Shown here piece by piece: positions 42,823 through 57,048 of a stretch of 64,000 nt of DNA. The stretch lies in assembly GCF_009914755.1 (NCBI RefSeq), contig NC_060948.1; one strand, written 5' to 3'. The notes beneath the pieces were generated by a model. That model worked only from the letters and a program-made list of their open reading frames with translations. It was not told the DNA's origin and made no database searches. The translations under genes and the position numbers were made by a program. The DNA comes from the human T2T-CHM13v2.0 reference genome, Homo sapiens. Each line of letters starts with the position of its first letter. Position 1 is the first letter of the stretch.

Positions 42823-45800
42823 TTGAATGGAATAGAACAGAATGGAATCAAATCGAATGAAATGGAATGGAATAGAAAGGAATGGAATGAAATGGAATGG
42901 AAAGGATTCGAATGGAATGCAATCGAATGGAATGGAATCGAACGGAATGGAATAAAATGGAAGAAAACTGGCAAGAAATGGAATCGAAATGAATGGAGTG
43001 TTATGGAACGGACTCAAAAGGAATTGAATGTAATAGAATGGAGTGGAGTGGACTCGAATATAATGGACTGGAATGGAATGAAATCACATGGAATGGGAAC
43101 GAATGGAATGGAATGGAAAGGAATGGAATCGAATGGAAAGGAATCGAATGGAAGGGAATGAAATTGAATCAACAGGAATGGAAGGGAATAGAATAGACGG
43201 TAATGGAATGGACTCGAATAGAATGGACACGAATGCTCAAATTGAATGGACTCGAATGGAATGGAAACGAAAGGAATGTCATCGAATGGAATTGAATCGA
43301 TTGGAATGAAATCGCATAGAATGGAGTGGAATCAAATGGAATTGAATCGAAAGGAAAGGAAGCGAATGGACTGAAATGAAATGGAATGGAATTGAATGGA
43401 AAGTAATGCAATGGAATAGAATGGAACGAAATTTCACGGAATGGAATCAAACTGAATGGAATCAAATCAATGGAATCAAATCAAATGGAATGGAAAGGAA
43501 TTGAATGGAGTAGATTGGATTGGATGGGATTGGAATGAAATGTACTGGAAAGGACTCGAATTTCATGAAACGGAATGGAATGAATTGGAACGGAATGGAC
43601 TCGAATGGAATGGAATGTCATGGAATGGCATCAAATGGAATGGCATCAAATGGAATGGAATCGAATGCAATGGAATGCTATGGAATGGAATGGAATGCAT
43701 TGGAATGGAATGTCCTCTAATGGAATGGATTCGAGTGGAATGGAATCGAATATAATGGAGTCGAATGAAATGGAATTGAAAAGAATGGGATCGAATACAA
43801 TGGAATATACTGGAATGTAATGTAATGAACTCGAATGTAATTGACTGGAATGGAATGTACATGAATGGAATGTAATCGAATGGAAAGTAATCCAATGGAA
43901 TAGAAACTAATGCAATAAAATCGACTCAAATAGAGTAGAATGTAATGGAATGGAGTGCAGTGCAATGGAATGGAATGGAATGGAATGCAATGGAATGGAA
44001 TGGAATGGAATGGAATGGGATGGAATGGTGTGGAATGGATAGTAATGGACTGGTGTGAAATGGACTGGAAAGGAATGGACTCAAATTGAAAGGGCTCGAA
44101 AGGAATGGAGTCAAATGGAATGGTCTGGAATGGAATGAACACGAATGTAATGCAATCCAATAGAATGGAATCGAATGGCATGGAATATAAAGAAATGGAA
44201 TCGAAGAGAATGGAAACAAATGGAATGGAATTGAATGGAATGGAATTGAATGGAATGGGAAGGAATGGAGTGAAATTGTATGCAGTAGAAGAGAATAGAA
44301 TGGAATGCAAGTGAAAGGAAAGGAATGGATTGGAATGGAATGGAATTCATTGGAATGGAAGGGAATGTAGTGTAATGGACAGGCCTGGAATAAAGTGGAA
44401 TGCTACGGTCTCGAATGGAATAAAAATGTATGGAATGGAATGCAATGAAACGGAATCGAATGTCATAGAATGTAATGGAATGCAACAAAATGGAATCCAA
44501 AATCATTGACTGGAAAGGCTGGGTGTCGAAAGGAATTGACTCCAATGGAATGGAATCGAATGGAATGGAAGTGAATAGAATCGAACTAAATCGAATGGAA
44601 AGGAATTGATAGGAACGGAATGGAAAGGAATGCAATGATTTGGCATGGAATGGAATCGAATGGCATCGAATGGAATGGAATGGAATGCAATGGAATGGAA
44701 TGTATTAGAATGTAATGAACTTTAATGGAATGTACTCGAATGGATTCGACTGGAATGGAATGTTCTGGAAGTGAATGGACTCCAATGGAATGGATTCAAA
44801 AGGAATGGAATCGTACGGAATGGAATCTAATGGAATGGAATTAAATGGAAATGAATCAAATTGAATAGCACGGAATTGAATTGAATGGAATGGAATGCAA
44901 TGGAATCTAATGAAACGGAAAGGAAAGGAATGGAATGGAATGGAATGGGCTGGAATGGAAAGGAATCGAAACGAATGGAATGGAATCGAACTGAAGAGAC
45001 TGGAATGGAATGCACTGGAATGGAAGGGAGTGTAATGGAAGGTTCTCGAAAAAAATGGAATCGAATGGAATGGAATTGAATGGAACGGAATAGAGTCGAA
45101 TGGAATTGAATGGAATGGAATGGACTAGAGTGAAATGGAATCGAACCACAAGGAATGGACAGGAATAGAATGGTCTCGAATTGAATGGAATCGTATGGAA
45201 TGGCATCAAACGGAATGGAATGGACAGCCACGGAATGGAATGCACTCGAATGCAATGGAGTCGAAACTAATGGACTGGAATAGAATGGACTCGACTGGTA
45301 CGGACTCCAATGGAATGGAATCGAATGGAAGGGAATCGAACGGAATGGACTCGAAGGGAAAAGACTGCAATGGAAAGGTCTCGAATGGAATGGAAATTAA
45401 TGGAATGGAATGGAATCGAATGAAATGGAGTCAAAAGGAATGGAATCGAATGGCAAGAAATCGAATGTAATGGAATCGCAAGGAATTGATGTGAACGGAA
45501 CGGAATGGAATGGAATCCAAAGGAATGGAATAGAATGGAATGGAATCGAATGGAAAGGACTCGAATGGAAATCACTCGAATAGAATGCAATTTAATAAAA
45601 TAGGATCAAATGTAATGGAATGGAATGGAAAGGAATCGAAACGAAAGGAATGGAGACAGATGGAATGGAATGGAACAGAGAGCAATGGTATAGAATGGAA
45701 TGGAATCATCTGGAATGGAATTGAATGGAATGGAATAATATGAAATGGAATGGAATGGAATGGAATGCCCTTGAATTAAATGGACTGGAATGGAATGGAC

Positions 45801-46366
45801 TCGAACAGAGTGGAATGGAAAGTGTTGAGATAGAATGGAATGGACTCGTTTGGAATGGTCTAGTAGGCAATGCAATCGACTGGCAGGGAATCAAAAGGAA
45901 TGTAATGGAATGGATTGGACTGGAATGCAATGGACTCGAATAGATTGGAAACGGAATGCAAAGGAATGGAATGGAATAGTATGGAATGGAATGGAAAGGA
46001 ATGCAGTGGAATAGACTAGAGTGGAATGGAATGGACTGGAAAGCAATGGACTGGAATGGAACTTTCTTGAATGGACTGGAATCAAACGGAATGGAATGCA
46101 ATGCAATCAAATGGCATGGAATAAAATAGAATGAAAGAGAATCAAATGGAATTGAATCGAATGGAATCGAATGGATTGGAAAGGAATAGAATGGAATGGA
46201 ATGGAATTGACTCAAATGGAATGGACTAGAATGGAATGGATTCGAATGGAAGGCAAAGGAATGGAATCTATTGGAATGGACTGTAATGGAATGGAATGGA
46301 AGGGATTGGAATGGACTCGAATGGAATGGACTGCAATAGAAAGGATTCGAATGGAATGAAAAAGAA
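42823..46366 (+). repeat. DYZ1-type unit U13 (3,544 bp)
   Basis: 20-bp and 5-bp deletions. Near-copy of U18. Confidence 0.9.
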
Positions 46367-49300
46367 TTGAATGGAATAGAACAGAATGGAATCAAATCGA
46401 ATGAAATGGAATGGAATAGAAAGGAATGGAATGAAATGGAATGGAAAGGATTCGAATGGAATGCAATCGAATGGAATGGAATCGAACGGAATGGAATAAA
46501 ATGGAAGAAAACTGGCAAGAAATGGAATCGAAATGAATGGAGTGTTATGGAACGGACTCAAAAGGAATTGAATGTAATAGAATGGAGTGGAGTGGACTCG
46601 AATATAATGGACTGGAATGGAATGAAATCACATGGAATGGGAACGAATGGAATGGAATGGAAAGGAATGGAATCGAATGGAAAGGAATCGAATGGAAGGG
46701 AATGAAATTGAATCAACAGGAATGGAAGGGAATAGAATAGACGGTAATGGAATGGACTCGAATAGAATGGACACGAATGCTCAAATTGAATGGACTCGAA
46801 TGGAATGGAAACGAAAGGAATGTCATCGAATGGAATTGAATCGATTGGAATGAAATCGCATAGAATGGAGTGGAATCAAATGGAATTGAATCGAAAGGAA
46901 AGGAAGCGAATGGACTGAAATGAAATGGAATGGAATTGAATGGAAAGTAATGCAATGGAATAGAATGGAACGAAATTTCACGGAATAAAATCAAACTGAA
47001 TGGAATCAAACCAATGGAATCAAATCAAATGGAATGGAAAGGAATTGAATGGAGTAGATTGGATTGGATGGGATTGGAATGAAATGTACTGGAAAGGACT
47101 CGAATTTCATGAAACGGAATGGAATGAATTGGAACGGAACGGACTCGAATGGAATGGAATGTCATGGAATGGCATCAAATGGAATGGCATCAAATGGAAT
47201 GGAATCGAATGCAATGGAATGCTATGGAATGGAATGGAATGCATTTTAATGGAATGTCCTCTAATGGAATGGATTCGAGTGGAATGGAATCGAATATAAT
47301 GGAGTCGAATGAAATGGAATTGAAAGGAATGGGATCGAATACAATGGAATATACTGGAATGTAATGTAATGAACTCGAATGTAATTGACTGGAATGGAAT
47401 GTACATGAATGGAATGTAATCGAATGGAAAGTAATCCAATGGAATAGAATCTAATGCAATAAAATCGACTCAGATAGAGTAGAATGTAATGGAATGGAGT
47501 GCAGTGCAATGGAATGGAATGGAATGGAATGCAATGGAATGGAATGGAATGGAATGGAATGGAATGGAATGGAATGGTGTGGAATGGATAGTAATGGACT
47601 GGAGTGAAATGGACTGGAAAGGAATGGACTCAAATTGAATGGGCTCGAAAGGAATGGAGTCAAATGGAATGGTCTGGAATGGAATGAACACGAATGTAAT
47701 GCAATCCAATAGAATGGAATCGAATGGCATGGAATATAAAGAAATGGAATCGAAGAGAATGGAAACAAATGGAATGGAATTGAGTGGAATGGAATTGAAT
47801 GGAATGGGAACCAATGGAGTGAAATTGTATGCAGTAGAAGAGAATAGAATGGAATGCAAGCGAAAGGAAAGGAATGGATTGGAATGGAATGGAATTCATT
47901 GGAATGGAAGGGAATGTAGTGTAATGGACAGGCCTGGAATAAAGTGGAATGCTACGGTCTCGAATGGAATAAAAATGTATGGAATGGAATGCAATGAAAG
48001 GGAATCGAATGTCATAGAATGTAATGGAATGCAACAAAATGGAATCCAAAATCATTGACTGGAAAGGCTGGGTGTCGAAAGGAATTGACTCCAATGGAAT
48101 GGAATCGAATGGAATGGAAGTGAATAGAATCGAACTAAATCGAATGGAATGGAATTGATAGGAACGGAATGGAAAGGAATGCAATGATTTGGCATGGAAT
48201 GGAATCGAATGGCATCGAATGGAATGGAATGGAATGCAATGGAATGGAATGTATTAGAATGTAATGAACTTTAATGGAATGTACTCGAATGGATTCGACT
48301 GGAATGGAATGTTCTGGAAGTGAATGGACTCCAATGGAATGGATTCAAAAGGAATGGAATCGTACGGAATGGAATCTAATGGAATGGAATTAAATGGAAA
48401 TGAATCAAATTGAATAGCACGGAATTGAATTGAATGGAATGGAATGCAATGGAATCTAATGAAACGGAAAGGAAAGGAATGGAATGGAATGGAATGGGCT
48501 GGAATGGAAAGGAATCGAAACGAATGGAATGGAATCGAACTGAAGAGACTGGAATGGAATGCACTGGAATGGAAGGGAGTGTAATGGAAGGTTCTCGAAA
48601 AAAATGGAATCGAATGGAATGGAATTGAATGGAACGGAATAGAGTCGAATGGAATTGAATGGAATGGAATGGACTAGAGTGAAATGGAATCGAACCACAA
48701 GGAATGGACAGGAATAGAATGGTCTCGAATTGAATGGAATCGTATGGAATGGCATCAAACGGAATGGAATGGACAGCCACGGAATGGAATGCACTCGAAT
48801 GCAATGGAGTCGAAACTAATGGACTGGAATAGAATGGACTCGACTGGTACGGACTCCAATGGAATGGAATCGAATGGAAGGGAATCGAACGGAATGGACT
48901 CGAAGGGAAAAGACTGCAATGGAAAGGTCTCGAATGGAATGGAAATTAATGGAATGGAATGGAATCGAATGAAATGGAGTCAAAAGGAATGGAATCGCAT
49001 GGCAAGAAATCGAATGTAATGGAATCGCAAGGAATTGATGTGAACGGAACGGAATGGAATGGAATCCAAAGGAATGGAATAGAATGGAATGGAATCGAAT
49101 GGAAAGGACTCGAATGGAAATCACTCGAATAGAATGCAATTTAATAAAATAGGATCAAATGTAATGGAATGGAATGGAAAGGAATCGAAACGAAAGGAAT
49201 GGAGACAGATGGAATGGAATGGAACAGAGAGCAATGGTATAGAATGGAATGGAATCATCTGGAATGGAATTGAATGGAATGGAATAATATGAAATGGAAT

Positions 49301-49920
49301 GGAATGGAATGGAATGGAATGCCCTTGAATTAAATGGACTGTAATGGAATGGACTCGAACAGAGTGGAATGGAAAGTGTTGAGATAGAATGGAATGGACT
49401 CGTTTGGAATGGTCTAGTATGCAATGCAATCGACTGGCAGGGAATCAAAAGGAGTGTAATGGAATGGATTGGACTGGAATGCAATGGACTCGAATAGATT
49501 GGAAACGGAATGCAAAGGAATGGAATGGAATAGTATGGAATGGAATGGAAAGGAATGGAGTGGAATAGACTAGAGTGGAATGGAATGGACTGGAAAGCAA
49601 TAGACTGGAATGGAACTTTCTTGAATGGACTGGAATCAAACGGAATGGAATGCAATGCAATCAAATGGCATGGAATAAAATAGAATGAAAGAGAATCAAA
49701 TGGAATTGAATCGAATGGAATCGAATGGATTGGAAAGGAATAGAATGGAATGGAATGGAATTGACTCAAATGGAATGGACTAGAATGGAATGGATTCGAA
49801 TGGAAGGCAAAGGAATGGAATCTATTGGAATGGACTGTAATGGAATGGAATGGAAGGGATTGGAATGGACTCGAATGGAATGGACTGCAATAGAAAGGAT
49901 TCGAATGGAATGAAAAAGAA
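46367..49920 (+). repeat. DYZ1-type unit U14 (3,554 bp), private-variant-rich
   Basis: 15-bp shorter tract near 47540-47575. Several singleton variants at 46987-47815. Confidence 0.9.
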
Positions 49921-52900
49921 TTGAATGGAATAGAACAGAATGGAATCAAATCGAATGAAATGGAGTGGAATAGAAAGGAATGGAATGAAATGGAATGGAA
50001 AGGATTCGAATGGAATGCAATCGAATGGAATGGAATCGAACGGAATGGAATAAAATGGAAGAAAACTGGCAAGAAATGGAATCGAAATGAATGGAGTGTT
50101 ATGGAACGGACTCAAAAGGAATTGAATGTAATAGAATGGAGTGGAGTGGACTCGAATATAATGGACTGGAATGGAATGAAATCACATGGAATGGGAACGA
50201 ATGGAATGGAATGGAAAGGAATGGAATCGAATGGAAAGGAATCGAATGGAAGGGAATGAAATTGAATCAACAGGAATGGAAGGGAATAGAATAGACGGTA
50301 ATGGAATGGACTCGAATAGAATGGACACGAATGCTCAAATTGAATGGACTCGAATGGAATGGAAACGAAAGGAATGTCATCGAATGGAATTGAATCGATT
50401 GGAATGAAATCGCATAGAATGGAGTGGAATCAAATGGAATTGAATCGAAAGGAAAGGAAGCGAATGGACTGAAATGAAATGGAATGGAATTGAATGGAAA
50501 GTAATGCAATGGAATAGAATGGAACGAAATTTCACGGAATGGAATCAAACTGAATGGAATCAAATCAATGGAATCAAATCAAATGGAATGGAAAGGAATT
50601 GAATGGAGTAGATTGGATTGGATGGGATTGGAATGAAATGTACTGGAAAGGACTCGAATTTCATGAAACGGAATGGAATGAATTGGAACGGAATGGACTC
50701 GAATGGAATGGAATGTCATGGAATGGCATCAAATGGAATGGCATCAAATGGAATGGAATCGAATGCAATGGAATGCTATGGAATGGAATGGAATGCATTG
50801 GAATGGAATGTCCTCTAATGGAATGGATTCGAGTGGAATGGAATCGAATATAATGGAGTCGAATGAAATGGAATTGAAAAGAATGGGATCGAATACAATG
50901 GAATATACTGGAATGTAATGTAATGAACTCGAATGTAATTGACTGGAATGGAATGTACATGAATGGAATGTAATCGAATGGAAAGTAATCCAATGGAATA
51001 GAAACTAATGCAATAAAATCGACTCAAATAGAGTAGAATGTAATGGAATGGAGTGCAGTGCAATGGAATGGAATGGAATGGAATGCAATGGAATGGAATG
51101 GAATGTTATGGAATGGAATGGAATGGATTGGAATGGGATGGAATGGTATGGAATGGATAGTAATGGACTGGAGTGAAATGGACTGGAAAGGAATGGACTC
51201 AAATTGAAAGGGCTCGAAAGGAATGGAGTCAAATGGAATAGTCTGGAATGGAATGAACACGAATGTAATGCAATCCAATAGAATGTAATCGAATGGCATG
51301 GAATATAAAGAAATGGAATCGAAGAGAATGGAAACAAATGGAATGGAATTGAATGGAATGGAATTGAATGGAATGGGAACGAATGGAGTGAAATTGTATG
51401 CAGTAGAAGAGAATAGAATGGAATGCAAGCGAAAGGAAAGGAATGGATTGGAATGGAATGGAATTCATTGGAGTGGAAGGGAATGTAGTGTAATGGACAG
51501 GCCTGGAATAAAGTGGAATGCTACGGTCTCGAATGGAATAAAAATGTATGGAATGGAATGCAATGAAAGGGAATCGAATGTCATAGAATGTAATGGAATG
51601 CAAAAAAATGGAATCCAAAATCATTGACTGGAAAGGCTGGGTGTCGAAAGGAATTGACTCCAATGGAATGGAATCGAATGGAATGGAAGTGAATAGAATC
51701 GAACTAAATCGAATGGAATGGAATTGATAGGAACGGAATGGAGAGGAATGCAATGATTTGGCATGGAATGCAATCGAATGGCATCGAATGGAATGGAATG
51801 GAATGCAATGGAATGGAATGTATTAGAATGTAATGAACTTTAATGGAATGTACTCGAATGGATTCGACTGGAATGGAATGTTCTGGAAGTGAATGGACTC
51901 CAATGGAATGGATTCAAAAGGAATGGAATCGTACGGAATGGAATCTAATGGAATGGAATTAAATGGAAATGAATCAAATTGAATAGCACGGAATTGAATT
52001 GAATGGAATGGAATGCAATGGAATCTAATGAAACGGAAAGGAAAGGAATGGAATGGAATGGAATGGGCTGGAATGGAAAGGAATCGAAACGAATGGAATG
52101 GAATCGAACTGAAGAGACTGGAATGGAATGCACTGGAATGGAAGGGAGTGTAATGGAAGGTTCTCGAAAAAAATGGAATCGAATGGAATGGAATTGAATG
52201 GAACGGAATAGAGTCGAATGGAATTGAATGGAATGGAATGGACTAGAGTGAAATGGAATCGAACCACAAGGAATGGACAGGAATAGAATGGTCTCGAATT
52301 GAATGGAATCGTATGGAATGGCATCAAACGGAATGGAATGGACAGCCACGGAATGGAATGCACTCGAATGCAATGGAGTCGAAACTAATGGACTGGAATA
52401 GAATGGACTCGACTGGTACGGACTCCAATGGAATGGAATCGAATGGAAGGGAATCGAACGGAATGGACTCGAAGGGAAAAGACTGCAATGGAAAGGTCTC
52501 GAATGGAATGGAAATTAATGGAATGGAATGGAATCGAATGAAATGGAGTCAAAAGGAATGGAATCGAATGGCAAGAAATCGAATGTAATGGAATCGCAAG
52601 GAATTGATGTGAACGGAACGGAATGGAATGGAATCCAAAGGAATGGAATAGAATGGAATGGAATCGAATGGAAAGGACTCGAATGGAAATCACTCGAATA
52701 GAATGCAATTTAATAAAATAGGATCAAATGTAATGGAATGGAATGGAAAGGAATCGAAACGAAAGGAATGGAGACAGATGGAATGGAATGGAACAGAGAG
52801 CAATGGTATAGAATGGAATGGAATCATCTGGAATGGAATTGAATGGAATGGAATAATATGAAATGGAATGGAATGGAATGCCCTTGAATTAAATGGACTG

Positions 52901-53479
52901 TAATGGAATGGACTCGAACAGAGTGGAATGGAAAGTGTTGAGATAGAATGGAATGGACTCGTTTGGAATGGTCTAGTATGCAATGCAATCGACTGGCAGG
53001 GAATCAAAAGGAATGTAATGGAATGGATTGGACTGGAATGCAATGGACTCGAATAGATTGGAAACGGAATGCAAAGGAATGGAATGGAATAGTATGGAAT
53101 GGAATGGAAAGGAATGGAGTGGAATAGACTAGAGTGGAATGGAATGGACTGGAAAGCAATAGACTGGAATGGAACTTTCTTGAATGGACTGGAATCAAAC
53201 GGAATGGAATGCAATGCAATCAAATGGCATGGAATAAAATAGAATGAAAGAGAATCAAATGGAATTGAATCGAATGGAATCGAATGGATTGGAAAGGAAT
53301 AGAATGGAATGGAATGGAATTGACTCAAATGGAATGGACTAGAATGGAATGGATTCGAATGGAAGGCAAAGGAATGGAATCTATTGGAATGGACTGTAAT
53401 GGAATGGAATGGAAGGGATTGGAATGGACTCGAATGGAATGGACTGCAATAGAAAGGATTCGAATGGAATGAAAAAGAA
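49921..53479 (+). repeat. DYZ1-type unit U15 (3,559 bp)
   Basis: Landmark spacing. 10-bp deletion near 52870. Confidence 0.9.
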
Positions 53480-56400
53480 TTGAATGGAATAGAACAGAAT
53501 GGAATCAAATCGAATGAAATGGAGTGGAATAGAAAGGAATGGAATGAAATGGAATGGAAAGGATTCGAATGGAATGCAATCGAATGGAATGGAATCGAAC
53601 GGAATGGAATAAAATGGAAGAAAACTGGCAAGAAATGGAATCGAAATGAATGGAGTGTTATGGAACGGACTCAAAAGGAATTGAATGTAATAGAATGGAG
53701 TGGAGTGGACTCGAATATAATGGACTGGAATGGAATGAAATCACATGGAATGGGAACGAATGGAATGGAATGGAAAGGAATGGAATCGAATGGAAAGGAA
53801 TCGAATGGAAGGGAATGAAATTGAATCAACAGGAATGGAAGGGAATAGAATAGACGGTAATGGAATGGACTCGAATAGAATGGACACGAATGCTCAAATT
53901 GAATGGACTCGAATGGAATGGAAACGAAAGGAATGTCATCGAATGGAATTGAATCGATTGGAATGAAATCGCATAGAATGGAGTGGAATCAAATGGAATT
54001 GAATCGAAAGGAAAGGAAGCGAATGGACTGAAATGAAATGGAATGGAATTGAATGGAAAGTAATGCAATGGAATAGAATGGAACGAAATTTCACGGAATG
54101 GAATCAAACTGAATGGAATCAAATCAATGGAATCAAATCAAATGGAATGGAAAGGAATTGAATGGAGTAGATTGGATTGGATGGGATTGGAATGAAATGT
54201 ACTGGAAAGGACTCGAATTTCATGAAACGTAATGGAATGAATTGGAACGGAATGGACTCGAATGGAATGGAATGTCATGGAATGGCATCAAATGGAATGG
54301 CATCAAATGGAATGGAATCGAATGCAATGGAATGCTATGGAATGGAATGGAATGCATTGGAATGGAATGTCCTCTAATGGAATGGATTCGAGTGGAATGG
54401 AATCGAATATAATGGAGTCGAATGAAATGGAATTGAAAAGAATGGGATCGAATACAATGGAATATACTGGAATGTAATGTAATGAACTCGAATGTAATTG
54501 ACTGGAATGGAATGTACATGAATGGAATGTAATCGAATGGAAAGTAATCCAATGGAATAGAAACTAATGCAATAAAATCGACTCAAATAGAGTAGAATGT
54601 AATGGAATGGAGTGCAGTGCAATGGAATGGAATGGAATGGAATGCAATGGAATGGAATGGAATGTTATGGAATGGAATGGAATGGATTGGAATGGGATGG
54701 AATGGTATGGAATGGATAGTAATGGACTGGAGTGAAATGGACTGGAAAGGAATGGACTCAAATTGAAAGGGCTCGAAAGGAATGGAGTCAAATGGAATAG
54801 TCTGGAATGGAATGAACACGAATGTAATGCAATCCAATAGAATGTAATCGAATGGCATGGAATATAAAGAAATGGAATCGAAGAGAATGGAAACAAATGG
54901 AATGGAATTGAATGGAATGGAATTGAATGGAATGGGAACGAATGGAGTGAAATTGTATGCAGTAGAAGAGAATAGAATGGAATGCAAGCGAAAGGAAAGG
55001 AATGGATTGGAATGGAATGGAATTCATTGGAATGGAAGGGAATGTAGTGTAATGGACAGGCCTGGAATAAAGTGGAATGCTACGGTCTCGAATGGAATAA
55101 AAATGTATGGAATGGAATGCAATGAAAGGGAATCGAATGTCATAGAATGTAATGGAATGCAAAAAAATGGAATCCAAAATCATTGACTGGAAAGGCTGGG
55201 TGTCGAAAGGAATTGACTCCAATGGAATGGAATCGAATGGAATGGAAGTGAATAGAATCGAACTAAATCGAATGGAATGGAATTGATAGGAACGGAATGG
55301 AGAGGAATGCAATGATTTGGCATGGAATGCAATCGAATGGCATCGAATGGAATGGAATGGAATGCAATGGAATGGAATGTATTAGAATGTAATGAACTTT
55401 AATGGAATGTACTCGAATGGATTCGACTGGAATGGAATGTTCTGGAAGTGAATGGACTCCAATGGAATGGATTCAAAAGGAATGGAATCGTACGGAATGG
55501 AATCTAATGGAATGGAATTAAATGGAAATGAATCAAATTGAATAGCACGGAATTGAATTGAATGGAATGGAATGCAATGGAATCTAATGAAACGGAAAGG
55601 AAAGGAATGGAATGGAATGGAATGGGCTGGAATGGAAAGGAATCGAAACGAATGGAATGGAATCGAACTGAAGAGACTGGAATGGAATGCACTGGAATGG
55701 AAGGGAGTGTAATGGAAGGTTCTCGAAAAAAATGGAATCGAATGGAATGGAATTGAATGGAACGGAATAGAGTCGAATGGAATTGAATGGAATGGAATGG
55801 ACTAGAGTGAAATGGAATCGAACCACAAGGAATGGACAGGAATAGAATGGTCTCGAATTGAATGGAATCGTATGGAATGGCATCAAACGGAATGGAATGG
55901 ACAGCCACGGAATGGAATGCACTCGAATGCAATGGAGTCGAAACTAATGGACTGGAATAGAATGGACTCGACTGGTACGGACTCCAATGGAATGGAATCG
56001 AATGGAAGGGAATCGAACGGAATGGACTCGAAGGGAAAAGACTGCAATGGAAAGGTCTCGAATGGAATGGAAATTAATGGAATGGAATGGAATCGAATGA
56101 AATGGAGTCAAAAGGAATGGAATCGAATGGCAAGAAATCGAATGTAATGGAATCGCAAGGAATTGATGTGAACGGAACGGAATGGAATGGAATCCAAAGG
56201 AATGGAATAGAATGGAATGGAATCGAATGGAAAGGACTCGAATGGAAATCACTCGAATAGAATGCAATTTAATAAAATAGGATCAAATGTAATGGAATGG
56301 AATGGAAAGGAATCGAAACGAAAGGAATGGAGACAGATGGAATGGAATGGAACAGAGAGCAATGGTATAGAATGGAATGGAATCATCTGGAATGGAATTG

Positions 56401-57048
56401 AATGGAATGGAATAATATGAAATGGAATGGAATGGAATGGAATGGAATGCCCTTGAATTAAATGGACTGGAATGGAATGGACTCGAACAGAGTGGAATGG
56501 AAAGTGTTGAGATAGAATGGAATGGACTCGTTTGGAATGGTCTAGTATGCAATGCAATCGACTGGCAGGGAATCAAAAGGAATGTAATGGAAAGGATTGG
56601 ATAGGAATGCAATGGACTTGAATAGATTGGAAACGGAATGCAAAGGAATGGAATGGAATAGTATGGAATGGAATGGAAAGGAATGGAGTGGAATAGACTA
56701 GAGTGGAATGGAATGGACTGGAAAGCAATAGACTGGAATGGAACTTTCTTGAATGGACTGGAATCAAACGGAATGGAATGCAATGCAATCAAATGGCATG
56801 GAATAAAATAGAATGAAAGAGAATCAAATGGAATTGAATCGAATGGAATCGAATGGATTGGAAAGGAATAGAATGGAATGGAATGGAATTGACTCAAATG
56901 GAATGGACTAGAATGGAATAGATTCGAATGGAAAGCAAAGGAATGGAATCTATTGGAATGGACTGTAATGGAATGGAATGGAAGGGATTGGAATGGACTC
57001 GAATGGAATGGACTGCAATAGAAAGGATTCGAATGGAATGAAAAAGAA
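53480..57048 (+). repeat. DYZ1-type unit U16 (3,569 bp)
   Basis: Landmark spacing. 3' variants shared with U10. Confidence 0.9.
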
